This document shows positions 10,075 to 19,922 of a stretch of DNA of 64,000 bases, in pieces. Positions within the stretch are counted from its first letter, which is position 1. Each line of letters begins with the position of its first letter. The notes under the pieces are model-generated. The model did no database searches and had not been told where the DNA came from. It was given only the letters and a program-made list of their open reading frames with translations. This DNA comes from Collinsella sp. (GTDB taxonomy: Bacteria > Actinomycetota > Coriobacteriia > Coriobacteriales > Coriobacteriaceae). The position numbers were made by a program, and so were the translations under genes. Location: the NCBI GenBank assembly GCA_014871665.1, contig WGSL01000002.1, forward strand, positions 144 through 64,143. Direction: 5' to 3'.

Positions 10075-11351
10075 TGCTTTCCTCGGCAGAACTGGTACTT
10101 TGGGCAATCCACCATGCGACGACGTTGCTCTTTGGCGTCTTTGCCTCGGCGGCGCTGTGCGGTGTCGAGATCAACGGCCGCCATTCGCTCGAGCTGGTGG
10201 GGGTCGGCGCCGTAACCGGATGTGCATTCGGCCTCGCCAATGCCGTCGGCGGCGAGCTTTTCGCCCGACAGGTCTATCCGCTCGTCGTGCATCTGCCGCT
10301 TGTCGTCTACCTGTGCGTACGCTATCGCCTGAGTCCGCTGCTCGCCATCCTGGGCGTTACCAGTGCCTACCTGAGCTGCCAGTTCAGCAATTGGATGGGC
10401 ATCGCCGCATTTGCCGCAACCGATTCTCAGATCGCGTACTATCTGGCGCGCATCGCGACCACACTCGCCGTCTTTGCCGTCCTGTTGCATTGGGCCGGCG
10501 ACATCGGTCCACGCTTGGCGATTAAAAGCACCACCGAGCTGGGCATCCTTTTAATCCTGCCGCTCGTCTATTACGTCTTTGACTATGCCACCAACGTCTA
10601 CACCACGCTGTTCCACTCGGGCTCGGTGGTAACGGTTGAGTTTTTGGCATTTGCGCTCTGTGCCTTCTATCTTATGTTTCTTGCCGTTTACCTGCGCGAA
10701 TACGAAGAAAAGGAAACCGCCGAGCGAGAGCGCTGGATGCTCGAAACCCGCGACAGCGCCGCCATCAAAGAGCTCGAGGCTTGGCGTCAATCTGGGCGCG
10801 AGCTGTCGATTCTTCGCCACGATATGCGCCACTTCCTACGCGGCCTGGCCGCTTTAATTGAGGAGGGCCACACCGACGAGGCGCTCAAACGCATCGATGA
10901 ACTCTGCGAAGCCGGCGATCGCACCGCCGTACGCCGCTTCTGCGCCAACGAGACCGTAAACATCGCGCTTTCGTCATTTAACTCGGATATCAATAGAAAC
11001 GGCATTACCGCCAACCTGCGCGCCGCCGTACCCGAAACCATCCACGTAGGTGACGCCGACCTGTTTAGCGTGCTCTCAAATGCCTTGGAAAACGCTATCA
11101 CCGCTGCAAGCGCCGCACCCCAAGGAAAGCGATTCGTCGACTTTGACCTGCGATTAGAGGACGGCCAGCTGCTGCTGTTAGTTTCCAACACGTTTGACCG
11201 CGCGCCGCGCATGGTCGACGGCATGCCCGTAGCCGGGCACACCGGACACGGCTTTGGAACCAAGAGCATTAAGCTTGCCGTCGAACGCATGAATGGTAAC
11301 TGCCAGTTCCGCATTAACGGCGATCGGTTTGAGCTGCGCGCTGTGATGTAG
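10074..11351 (+). CDS. AgrC/HPK10-like membrane sensor histidine kinase
   Basis: The ATG overlaps the regulator stop (ATGA). The protein has a multi-TM N-terminus, an H-box region SILRHDMRHFLRG and a GHKL ATPase (NALENAI ... GHGFGTKSI). Confidence 0.8.
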   Translation: MLSSAELVLWAIHHATTLLFGVFASAALCGVEINGRHSLELVGVGAVTGCAFGLANAVGGELFARQVYPLVVHLPLVVYLCVRYRLSPLLAILGVTSAYLSCQFSNWMGIAAFAATDSQIAYYLARIATTLAVFAVLLHWAGDIGPRLAIKSTTELGILLILPLVYYVFDYATNVYTTLFHSGSVVTVEFLAFALCAFYLMFLAVYLREYEEKETAERERWMLETRDSAAIKELEAWRQSGRELSILRHDMRHFLRGLAALIEEGHTDEALKRIDELCEAGDRTAVRRFCANETVNIALSSFNSDINRNGITANLRAAVPETIHVGDADLFSVLSNALENAITAASAAPQGKRFVDFDLRLEDGQLLLLVSNTFDRAPRMVDGMPVAGHTGHGFGTKSIKLAVERMNGNCQFRINGDRFELRAVM

Positions 11352-11415
11352 AAGTGCGGCGCCGATCTCGAGGCGTGCCTTGCCCGCCAGGCAATCGCTC
11401 GCCGGCGCCAATCCG

Positions 11416-11991
11416 CTACAGCGGAGCGGTCGCCGGAGTCAGCTGCTTGATATAGGCCCACATGCGCTGCTTAGCGGCCTTGTCGGTGAGTGCCGCCTCA
11501 AAGCCGTCGAGCGCGAGCACGCGGCGGCCCTGCACATGGGCGACCAGGCCGGGCTTGAGCATGGCGGTGTCGAAGTCATCGATCGCCACGAGCATATCGG
11601 CGTAGGTCTCGCGCATGGCATCGGCCGCGTTGTTGTCGAGCAGTAGCACCGCCTCGGGGTCCAAGGCCTCGAGCGCCTCGCGGAACAGCTCGCACGGCAG
11701 AGTCTCGCCCACCGCGACCGCTCCGTCACCCACGCCGGCGACGCTTGCCAGCACGCAAAAATCCTCGGGCGCGTAGCCGATGGCCCCAAGCGCCTTGCGC
11801 AACGCCGCGCCATCCGGGCCGGCGGCAAGCTCGCCACCCGAACGCTCGGCCTCGTCCAAATCGCCTTTGACCAGCACGATCGGCGAGCACGCGTTGCCCG
11901 CGATACGCACGCCACGGACCGCAAGCGATGTGAGCTCCTGCTCGGCCGCCTGGGCGATGGCTTCTTTTTTCTGGCTTTGTGACGTGGACAT
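11416..11991 (-). CDS. Hypothetical protein, degenerate uracil-DNA-glycosylase-like layout
   Basis: The ATG at 11991 begins MSTSQSQKK. The layout IVLVKGDLDEAE...GPDGAALRKALGAIGYAPEDFCVL resembles family-4 UDG (GExPG...G..L.k.L.aiG) but lacks the catalytic motif. Confidence 0.4.
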   Translation of the reverse strand: MSTSQSQKKEAIAQAAEQELTSLAVRGVRIAGNACSPIVLVKGDLDEAERSGGELAAGPDGAALRKALGAIGYAPEDFCVLASVAGVGDGAVAVGETLPCELFREALEALDPEAVLLLDNNAADAMRETYADMLVAIDDFDTAMLKPGLVAHVQGRRVLALDGFEAALTDKAAKQRMWAYIKQLTPATAPL

Positions 11992-12127
11992 GCGCTCTCC
12001 AATCGTTTGCGTGCCCACCATTATATAAAAGAGCTGCCCGCGAGTGGTTGCTTTGCGGGCGGCTGGGTATAAGCACGGTCGTACTGAGTTTTACGCGGCT
12101 GAGCCGCGTCACATTATGGAGGTCACC

Positions 12128-12448
12128 ATGGCTGACATTAAGCAGATTACCCCCGAGAACTTCGATTCCGTCGTTAACGACAGCCTGCCCGTGCTGGTCG
12201 ATTTTTGGGCACCGTGGTGCGGTCCCTGCCGCTCCCTCTCGCCCATCGTTGACGAGGTTGCCGATGAGCTGGCGGGCAAGCTTGCCGTTGCCAAATGCAA
12301 CGTCGACGACAACCAGGACCTGGCCATGAAGTATGGCGTCATGAGCATCCCCACGCTGATTGTGTTTAAGAACGGCGAGGAGATTGACCGCTCGGTTGGC
12401 GCTCTGCCCAAGACGAGGCTGCAGGCGCTGCTGGAGAAGCATCTGTAA
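12128..12448 (+). CDS. trxA: Thioredoxin
   Basis: 106 aa with the WAPWCGPC active site. GGAGG precedes the ATG at 12128. Confidence 0.95.
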   Translation: MADIKQITPENFDSVVNDSLPVLVDFWAPWCGPCRSLSPIVDEVADELAGKLAVAKCNVDDNQDLAMKYGVMSIPTLIVFKNGEEIDRSVGALPKTRLQALLEKHL

Positions 12449-12669
12449 TACGCTTGTTACTTACCCGCCGTCCATGAGCGCTTTTGCACCGCTCGCCGGA
12501 CTTCTGGATGCACCGAGTGCAACCACGGATAGTATGGTAGTCACAAACAGCCCCCAGTGAACGGGTGCGGGTCGCACAGACTCGTACCCGTTTTCTTATG
12601 CAGCTGCGCGCAGAGCGGGCGTAGTAAAATCTGAACCACTGAACTGCCCCATACAAAAGGAGATTTTCC

Positions 12670-12918
12670 ATGCATGATGTTGGAATGAACATGAGCCAGC
12701 TTGCCATGAGCGTCAAACAGGTCAACGACACCATCGAGCTCGCTCATGAGTGGAGCCATCAGCTGCTGCATGCGACCGAGAATTTTGACATGGAGCGCAT
12801 CGGCGCCAAGCTCGAGGCCGCCATGGCCGCGCTGCACGAGGCGCATGACGCGCTCGAGGGCTACGAGGAAGCCATCGAGGCCGACCACAACTCCGTCGGC
12901 TCCGTGAAGCTGGTGTAA
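12670..12918 (+). CDS. Small His/Glu-rich helical protein, unknown function
   Basis: 82 aa with AGGAG 8 nt upstream of the ATG. Its stop lies directly before the nikR GTG (TAA 12916-12918, one base, then GTG at 12920), so the two are probably co-translated. Confidence 0.5.
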   Translation: MHDVGMNMSQLAMSVKQVNDTIELAHEWSHQLLHATENFDMERIGAKLEAAMAALHEAHDALEGYEEAIEADHNSVGSVKLV

Positions 12919-12919
12919 C

Positions 12920-13432
12920 GTGGCCGAACATGAGCACGGCTGCGGGTACGAGCACGAGCATCCGCACGGGGCGGATGGTGACGCAGGCTGCCACTGTAGT
13001 GGCTCCGGCTCCGAGCTGGTCCGCTTTTCGGTTACCGCACCGGACGACCTGCTGCGCCGTTTTGACGAACAGATCGCGCGCCGCGGCGACGTGGCCAACC
13101 GCTCCGAGGCCGTGCGCGACCTGATTCGCGCCTCGATCGCCAAGGAGCAGATGCGCACGCCCGATGAGCATGTTATCGGGTCGCTCACCATGATCTACGA
13201 CCACCATACCGGCGACCTGACGCGCCGTCTGGACGAAGTGCAGCACGACTACACCGACGAGATCGTATCGACCATGCACGTGCATCTGGATCACCACAAC
13301 TGCTTGGAGATTCTGGCGCTCAAGGGTCGCGGCGAACGTGTCTACGAGCTGGCTGACCGTCTGCTGGGCCTGCGCGGCGTTAAGCACGGCGAGCTCACGT
13401 GCGCCGCCACCAAGCAGAGCCTGGGGCTGTAG
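12920..13432 (+). CDS. nikR: Nickel-responsive regulator NikR with His/Cys-rich N-terminal extension
   Basis: GTG start. The protein has a ribbon-helix-helix (VRFSVTAPDDLLRRFDEQIARRGDVANRSEAVRDLIR) and a C-terminal metal-binding domain (HHTGDL...HVHLDHHNCLE). The N-terminus is MAEHEHGCGYEHEHPHGADGDAGCHCSG. Confidence 0.85.
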   Translation: MAEHEHGCGYEHEHPHGADGDAGCHCSGSGSELVRFSVTAPDDLLRRFDEQIARRGDVANRSEAVRDLIRASIAKEQMRTPDEHVIGSLTMIYDHHTGDLTRRLDEVQHDYTDEIVSTMHVHLDHHNCLEILALKGRGERVYELADRLLGLRGVKHGELTCAATKQSLGL

Positions 13433-13455
13433 CGGGATTTCCCGCAGCGCACCTG

Positions 13456-13525
13456 CCAAAAAGGGACAGGTTTGTTTTGGCAGGTTTAGCGTTTTACCTA
13501 CCAAAACAAACCTGTCCTTTTTTGG
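13456..13525. repeat. 29-bp inverted repeat between nikR and hypF
   Basis: ccaaaaagggacaggtttgttttggcagg (13456-13484) pairs with cctaccaaaacaaacctgtccttttttgg (13497-13525). It is near perfect and contains a GGGAC word. Confidence 0.7.
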
Positions 13526-13548
13526 TCGGTTTTGATGAGGGGTGTCGC

Positions 13549-16019
13549 ATGCGGCATGTGCATATTCATGTGACGGGCATTGTGCAGGGCGTTGGCATGC
13601 GGCCGTTTGTGTATCGCGAGGCCATTGCGTATGGCATTTGCGGATGGGTGCTCAATGCGGGCGACGGCGTGCATATCGAGGCACACGCTCCGGCCGATGC
13701 GCTCGATGCTTTTGTTGCCGCGCTTTCTGAGCATGCGCCTGCGGCAGCCCGCGTAGAGCGAGTCGATATTGCGGATTTGGAGCCTGGCGGTTGGAGCACT
13801 GCCGATGAGCAGGGCTTTCACATTGTGGCGTCGCAGGACCAGACCGCGCACACCACACTTGTCTCGCCCGATATCGCCACCTGCAACGATTGCTTGCGCG
13901 AATTGTTCGATCCCGCCGACCGACGCTATCACTACCCCTTTATCAACTGCACTAACTGCGGGCCACGCTTTACCATCATCCGATCGTTGCCTTATGACCG
14001 AGCGGCCACGTCGATGGATTGTTTTCCCATGTGTCCCAAGTGCGCTGCGGAGTATGTCGACCCACTCGACCGGCGTTTTCACGCGCAGCCCGATGCCTGC
14101 TTTGATTGCGGGCCGCATATTACGTGGCGCGAGGCTGTAAACGGCATGCGTGCGGGAATTCGTCCGCGACACCGGCCGTCGGCACCACACGCGAGGCCAG
14201 CGACGCTATCATCGAGCGCTGCGTCGAGCTGCTGGCAGGCGGCGGCATCGTCGCCATCAAGGGTCTGGGCGGATTCCACCTTGCCTGCGATGCCAGCAAC
14301 AAACAAGCAGTGCGCGAGTTGCGTCGTCGCAAGCGTCGCAGCAACAAGCCGCTTGCCGTTATGGTGCGCGACCTTGCCGACGCCGAGCGCCTGTGTCATA
14401 TCGATGGCGTTGAGCGCGAGCTTCTCGCCGGCAGCATCCGCCCCATCGTGCTGCTGCGCCGGCGCACTGTTGGCGAGGGCAACGGCGATTCTCCCGACGC
14501 CCTCGTACTCGCGCCGTCCGTCGCGCACAACCTGCCCGAGCTCGGCGTTATGCTCCCCTACACCCCGCTTCAGCATCTGTTGCTTGCCGCGGCAGAAGCC
14601 CGCGATATGCACGCGCTCGTCATGACCAGCGGCAACCTGAGCGAAGAGCCCATCGAGACCGATGACGATCTTGCCCGGGAACACCTCGTTGCCGCCGGCA
14701 TCGCCGACGCGTTGCTCGGTAACGACCGCGCAATCCTCTCGCGCTACGACGACTCTGTAGTGCGCGTGGTCGACGGCGCCGTTATGCCCGTGCGCCGCGC
14801 TCGCGGATATGCACCTCAGCCGCTGCCGTTGCCGGCGCTCGACGGCGCTCCGTCCTGCGTGCTCGCCTGCGGGCCACAACAAAAGGCCACGATTGCGCTC
14901 ACGCGTGAAGGGACGAACGGCGAGGCAACCTGTTTTGTGTCGCAGCATATCGGCGATGTTGAAAACGGCGGGACCTTCGATGCCTGGAACGCTGCGCGCA
15001 CGCGCTTGGAAGATCTCTTTGACTTGGCGCCCACTGCCCTAGCCTGCGACTTGCATTCGAGTTATCTTTCGAGCCAATGGGCCCGCGAACAGGCACGGGA
15101 GTACAACCTGCCGCTTATCGAAGTTCAGCACCATCATGCACATATCGCGAGCGTGATAGCCGAAATCATCGCCGCGGGCCGGCTTACAACCGACGCGCGT
15201 GTCCTTGGCATCGCCTTTGACGGCACCGGCGCCGGCACCGATGGGACCATTTGGGGCGGCGAGCTTCTTGTTGCCAGCCTTGGCGGCTTTGAGCGCGTCG
15301 CGCATTTGCGCACCTGGGCGCTCCCCGGTGGGGCGGCCTCCGTGCGCGACGCCCGCCGCAACGCCTTTGCCCTGCTCAGTGAGCTCGGCCTGCTCGAGCA
15401 CCCAGGTACCGCTCGGCTTTTGGACAGCCTCGGCGAGCAAACGCGCAGCGTGACAGCCACCATGATCGAGCGCGGCATCAACAGCCCGCGTACCAGCAGC
15501 ATGGGGCGTCTCTTTGATGCCGCGGCAGCAATTCTGGGCATCTGCGACAAGGCAACCTACGAGGGCGAACCCGCCATCGAGCTTGAGGCTGCCGCCTGGC
15601 GCGCGCTCAGCAGTGAAAGCGCCTGCCCCACCGGAAATATAGCGGGCTTTTCCGTAACCGAATCATCCCGTCCGGACGCCTGCCATGTTCTAAACTCCAG
15701 ATCGCTTATTGAGGCGCTTTTGGAGGGAATCAGGGCCGGCGTACCCGCCGGCAGGCTCGCGCTCGACTTCCATATCGCCATCGCGCGCTCTTCGGCACGA
15801 ATCGCACGCGAAATCTGTGCGCGCGAAGGCATCGATACCGTCGCGCTCTCGGGTGGCGTGTTCATGAACCGACTTTTGCTCCAGCTCCTCACCCGCGAGC
15901 TCAAAAGCATGGGTCTCACTGTCTTGGTTCCTCACTCCGTACCCGTCAACGACGGCTGCATCGCCTACGGTCAGGCGGCAGTCGCAAGCGCTCGTCTTGC
16001 GCAGATTGCATCACAGTAG
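13549..16019 (+). pseudogene. hypF: [NiFe]-hydrogenase maturation carbamoyltransferase HypF, interrupted by one frameshift near 14106-14180
   Basis: The first frame (from ATG 13549) carries the acylphosphatase domain and two zinc-finger pairs (CNDC..CTNCGPR, CPKC..CFDCGP), then turns into Arg/Pro/Ser-rich nonsense. The second frame, open from 14106, continues with the YrdC-like domain (IVAIKGLGGFHLACDA) and the Kae1-like domain to 16019. Confidence 0.85.
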
Positions 16020-16153
16020 CTCGCCCTCGCACGCCGCCGCGCCCAGCCGTCTCACAGGCGTAACGCGTTTGCCCGCGAACCCCGCGAGCGCTACCATCAA
16101 CTGATGGATTATTGAGCGCCCGTCCAGCGCAAAGCGTATAAAAGGGGAACAAT

Positions 16154-16414
16154 ATGTGCCTTGCCGTTCCCGGTAAAGTAGTCAAACGCGACGACGACCT
16201 CAAGGCCACCGTCGACATGATGGGCATCGAGCGCCCCGTGTCGCTGCGACTCGTGCCGACGGCGCAGGTTGGCGACTATATTCTCGTACACGCCGGCTTT
16301 GGCATCCAGATTGTCGACGAGCAGGAAGCACAGGAAACGCTCGAGCTTGTTAATGCCATGTCCGAGCTGGTCGAAGAAGACCAGCTGACCACCAACCCGG
16401 CGGAGGCTTACTAG
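16154..16414 (+). CDS. hypC: Hydrogenase maturation chaperone HypC
   Basis: 86 aa beginning MCLAVPGKV, the diagnostic N-terminal Cys2 motif. Confidence 0.9.
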   Translation: MCLAVPGKVVKRDDDLKATVDMMGIERPVSLRLVPTAQVGDYILVHAGFGIQIVDEQEAQETLELVNAMSELVEEDQLTTNPAEAY

Positions 16415-17526
16415 TGGCGCCCGAGCAGCCGGCGCGCTCCGGTATCGATTTCTCGGCATTCCGCGATTCCAAGCTGGCTCGCGAGCTCATCGAGCGCATT
16501 CATGAGCTTGTCGGCGACCGCACCATCAACCTTATGGAAGTCTGCGGCACGCATACCGTGAGCATCGGGCGCTATGGCTTTCGCTCCATTATGCCGGCCG
16601 GGCTCAAGCTGCTGAGCGGCCCGGGCTGCCCCGTCTGCGTCACCGCCAACCGCGACATCGACCACGCAATCGCGCTCGCCAACATAGACGGCGCCATCAT
16701 CACCACCTTTGGCGACATGATGCGCGTGCCCGGATCATCCACCTCGCTCGCTGCGCAAAAGGCGGCGGGGCGCGATATCCGTATCGTCTATTCCCCGCTC
16801 GACGCGCTCGACATTGCCGAGCAAAACCCTGATCGCCCGGTCATTTTTATGGGCGTGGGCTTTGAGACTACGACGCCCACCATCGCCGCCGCCATCTTGG
16901 AGGCCGAGGCGCTCGGGCTTTTGAACTTCTCGGTCTATTGCGCCCACAAGGCCACGCCGCCGGCGTTGCGCGCCATCGCCAACGACCCCGAGACCACCAT
17001 CGACGGCTTTATCCTGCCGGGCCACGTCGCCACCATCACGGGCTTGGCGCCCTTTAGCTTTTTGGTCGACGAATTCAATACCCCGGGCGTGGTCACGGGA
17101 TTTGAACCGGTCGATATCCTGCAGGGCATCTGCATGCTGGTCCAGATGGTTGTCGAGGACAGGCCGGTGATTGACAACGCCTACCGCCGTGGCGTCAACG
17201 CAGACGGCAATCCCGTGGCGCGCCAGCTGGTCGAGCAGGTGTTTGAGCCGTGCGATACCACATGGCGCGGGCTGGGGCTGATTGCCAACTCGGGCCTTTC
17301 CATCCGCCCCGAGTTCTCGCGCTTTGATGCCCGCGCTCGCTTTGACGTGCCCGTTGAGGCGACGGTCGAGCCGCGCGGGTGCCGCTGCGGCGACGTGCTG
17401 CGCGGGGCCATTGCGCCGAGCAGCTGCCCGCTCTTTGGCCGCACCTGCACGCCCGAGCACCCCGTCGGCCCGTGCATGGTGAGCTCCGAGGGCAGCTGCG
17501 CGGCGTACTACCGCTACCGCGACTAG
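16414..17526 (+). CDS. hypD: Hydrogenase maturation protein HypD
   Basis: 370 aa with a GTG overlapping the hypC stop. Motifs present are CGTHT, GPGCPVCV and GFETT. Confidence 0.93.
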   Translation: MAPEQPARSGIDFSAFRDSKLARELIERIHELVGDRTINLMEVCGTHTVSIGRYGFRSIMPAGLKLLSGPGCPVCVTANRDIDHAIALANIDGAIITTFGDMMRVPGSSTSLAAQKAAGRDIRIVYSPLDALDIAEQNPDRPVIFMGVGFETTTPTIAAAILEAEALGLLNFSVYCAHKATPPALRAIANDPETTIDGFILPGHVATITGLAPFSFLVDEFNTPGVVTGFEPVDILQGICMLVQMVVEDRPVIDNAYRRGVNADGNPVARQLVEQVFEPCDTTWRGLGLIANSGLSIRPEFSRFDARARFDVPVEATVEPRGCRCGDVLRGAIAPSSCPLFGRTCTPEHPVGPCMVSSEGSCAAYYRYRD

Positions 17527-17574
17527 CCCGGGCACACCCGCACACCGGCACCACCCACGATTGGAGTTTTCGAT

Positions 17575-18609
17575 ATGTCCCATAGCGTTACCGATAGCAC
17601 CGTCCTGCTGGGCCACGGCTCCGGCGGCCAGATGATGAAACGCATCATCGATGAGGTCTTTTTGGATGCCTTTGGGTCGCCCGAGCTGCTCGAAGGCAAC
17701 GATGCCGGCGTCGCCGCGCTGCCCGCGAGCGGGCGCATCGCCATGTCGACCGACAGCTTTGTAGTCTCGCCGCAGTTCTTCCCCGGTGGCAACATCGGCC
17801 GCCTCGCCGTGTGCGGAACCGTCAACGACGTCGCGACCTCGGGCGCCAACGTGCGCTACCTGTCGTGCGGCTTCATCCTCGAAGAGGGCTATCCCATGGA
17901 CAAGCTGCGTCAGATCGTGCAGACCATGGCCGAGACGGCGCGCGAGGCGGGCGTGTCCATAATCACCGGCGACACCAAGGTGGTCGAGCGTGGCGGTGCC
18001 GACGGCGTCTACATCAATACCGCCGGCGTGGGCGAGGTACCCGCGGGCGTGGCGCTCAGTGGCGCAAACTGCCGCCCCGGCGACGTCATTCTGGTGTCGG
18101 GCACACTGGGCGACCACGGTATCGCCATCATGAGCCAACGCGAGGGCCTGGCGTTTTCGAGCACGATCGAAAGCGACGCCGCGCCGCTCAACCACCTGAT
18201 TGCCGATGTGCTTGCCGCAGCACCCGACACGCGCTGCTTTCGCGACCCCACGCGCGGTGGCTTGGCGTCCACACTCAACGAGTTTGCCCAGGCCAGCGTC
18301 ATTGCCATGGAGATCGACGAGAATGCTGTGCCCGTGCGTCCCGATGTGCAGGCGGCTTGCGAGATGCTCGGCTATGACGTGCTGCAGGTGGCAAATGAGG
18401 GCAAGATGGTTGCCGTCGTGCCGGCCGAGCAAGCCGATGCCGCGCTGAGCGCCATGCGCGCCGCCCGCTACGGCGAGAATGCCGCCATCATCGGTCGCGT
18501 GCTGCCACTTGCCGAGGGCGCCCATCCCGCCGTGCGCGTGCGCACCGGCTGGGGCTCGACCCGCATCCTCGACATGCTCGTGGGAGAACAGCTGCCGAGG
18601 ATTTGCTAA
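17575..18609 (+). CDS. hypE: Hydrogenase maturation protein HypE
   Basis: 344 aa, AIR-synthase-like, with the C-terminal PRIC motif. Confidence 0.93.
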   Translation: MSHSVTDSTVLLGHGSGGQMMKRIIDEVFLDAFGSPELLEGNDAGVAALPASGRIAMSTDSFVVSPQFFPGGNIGRLAVCGTVNDVATSGANVRYLSCGFILEEGYPMDKLRQIVQTMAETAREAGVSIITGDTKVVERGGADGVYINTAGVGEVPAGVALSGANCRPGDVILVSGTLGDHGIAIMSQREGLAFSSTIESDAAPLNHLIADVLAAAPDTRCFRDPTRGGLASTLNEFAQASVIAMEIDENAVPVRPDVQAACEMLGYDVLQVANEGKMVAVVPAEQADAALSAMRAARYGENAAIIGRVLPLAEGAHPAVRVRTGWGSTRILDMLVGEQLPRIC

Positions 18610-18714
18610 CGACAAAGGCTCAGGGCTATTAAAGATATTCAGATTCCAAACATGCCCGGCACGCATGCCCAGTATCATGGGGTGCGTTTTACAACTCAAG
18701 CGGCAGGAGCACCC

Positions 18715-19383
18715 ATGGCAGCAGCTTTTTCCCATGTGATCTTTGACCTGGACGGCACCATTCTCAACACGCTCGAGGACCTGGCGGCCGCCGGCAACCA
18801 TACCTGCGAGGCGCACGGCTGGCCCACGTTTGCCGTTGACGAGTACCGCTACAAGGTGGGAAACGGCATGCTCAAGCTGGTTGAGCGCTTTATGCCCGCC
18901 GAGTACGCAGGCGACGGCCGCATGTTTGAGCAGACGCTTGCCGAGTTTAGGGCTTACTACGGCGAGCACAAGGAAGACCACACCGCTCCCTATGCCGGCA
19001 CGATCGAGATGCTCGACCGCTTGCGCGCCGCGGGCGTTCAGCTTGCCGTGCTCACTAACAAGGACCACGTCTCGGCGGCTTCGCTTATCGAAAAGTATTT
19101 TGGTTCCAAGCGCTTTGCGCTGGTGCAGGGCCGTGTCGATGCGTTTCCGCCCAAGCCCGAAGCACCCGTCACGCTGCATGTGATGGAAGAGCTAGGCGCC
19201 GACCCGGCGACCACGCTCTACGTAGGCGATTCCAATGTCGATATCCTGACCGGCCACAACGCCGGCCTTAAGAGTGCGGGCGTCAGCTGGGGTTTCCGCG
19301 GCCGCGCAGAGCTGGAAGCCGCCGGCGCCGACTACGTGGTGGACACCCAGGACGAGCTCGCAGCGCTGATCCTGGGCGAGTAA
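18715..19383 (+). CDS. HAD-superfamily phosphatase (phosphoglycolate phosphatase-like)
   Basis: The start is placed at MAAAFSHVIFDLDGTILNT (DxDGT motif). Later motifs are LTNK and GDSNVD. Confidence 0.8.
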   Translation: MAAAFSHVIFDLDGTILNTLEDLAAAGNHTCEAHGWPTFAVDEYRYKVGNGMLKLVERFMPAEYAGDGRMFEQTLAEFRAYYGEHKEDHTAPYAGTIEMLDRLRAAGVQLAVLTNKDHVSAASLIEKYFGSKRFALVQGRVDAFPPKPEAPVTLHVMEELGADPATTLYVGDSNVDILTGHNAGLKSAGVSWGFRGRAELEAAGADYVVDTQDELAALILGE

Positions 19384-19430
19384 CGAGCGACACTGCTTAA
19401 CGCAGCTGCGACAATTCTTCCGCGCAGAAA

Positions 19431-19915
19431 GCGCATCCCGTTTTGGAGCTCCGGAATGGGATGCGCTTTCCGTTTGAGGCACATCAGGGAAACCGCATCC
19501 CGTTTCAGAGCAATATTCCGGGTCGCACTTTCCGCAACCCACCCCATCCGGAAAATGCGACCCACTATTCGGCCAAAAACCGGGTCGCGGTTTCCCAAGC
19601 ACTCGATGCAACGCTGGCACAAGGAGTGTCCCCAACTGCCGGCAGAAAAGGAACGTCCCCAACTGCCGCCTTCCCAATGACTACTTCAGCGATGGCAACG
19701 TCGCAGGTAAAAGTGCTACTTTAAGCCAACCAAGGCAACGCCGATGCCTTGGCAACGACAGCGAAAGCCCGCCAGAGCGAGCAAGGTGCCTTGAAACAAG
19801 GCGGCATTGACCTTTTGGTCATGCCGCCGAAGTTGAAAGGCAGATTGCCGCTCTGGCGGGCTTGCAGCGTCGAGCAGTTACGGCGTTTGGTAAAACGCCG
19901 TAACGAACTACCGCG
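19431..19915 (+). repeat. Composite intergenic element copy 1 (D module 19431-19608, GGGGAC words 19626-19683, C module 19734-19904)
   Basis: It is homologous block by block to 22612-22972 in the same orientation and fills the convergent gap between the HAD phosphatase and the lipoprotein gene. Confidence 0.8.
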
Positions 19916-19922
19916 TAACCCT

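Noticed and set aside
16735-19179. 814-aa minus-strand ORF spanning hypD, hypE and the HAD phosphatase
   Set aside because: It is antisense to three clearly recognisable genes. Its composition is Gly/Ala/Arg/His-rich with no domain-like motifs. It is a GC-skewed codon artefact.
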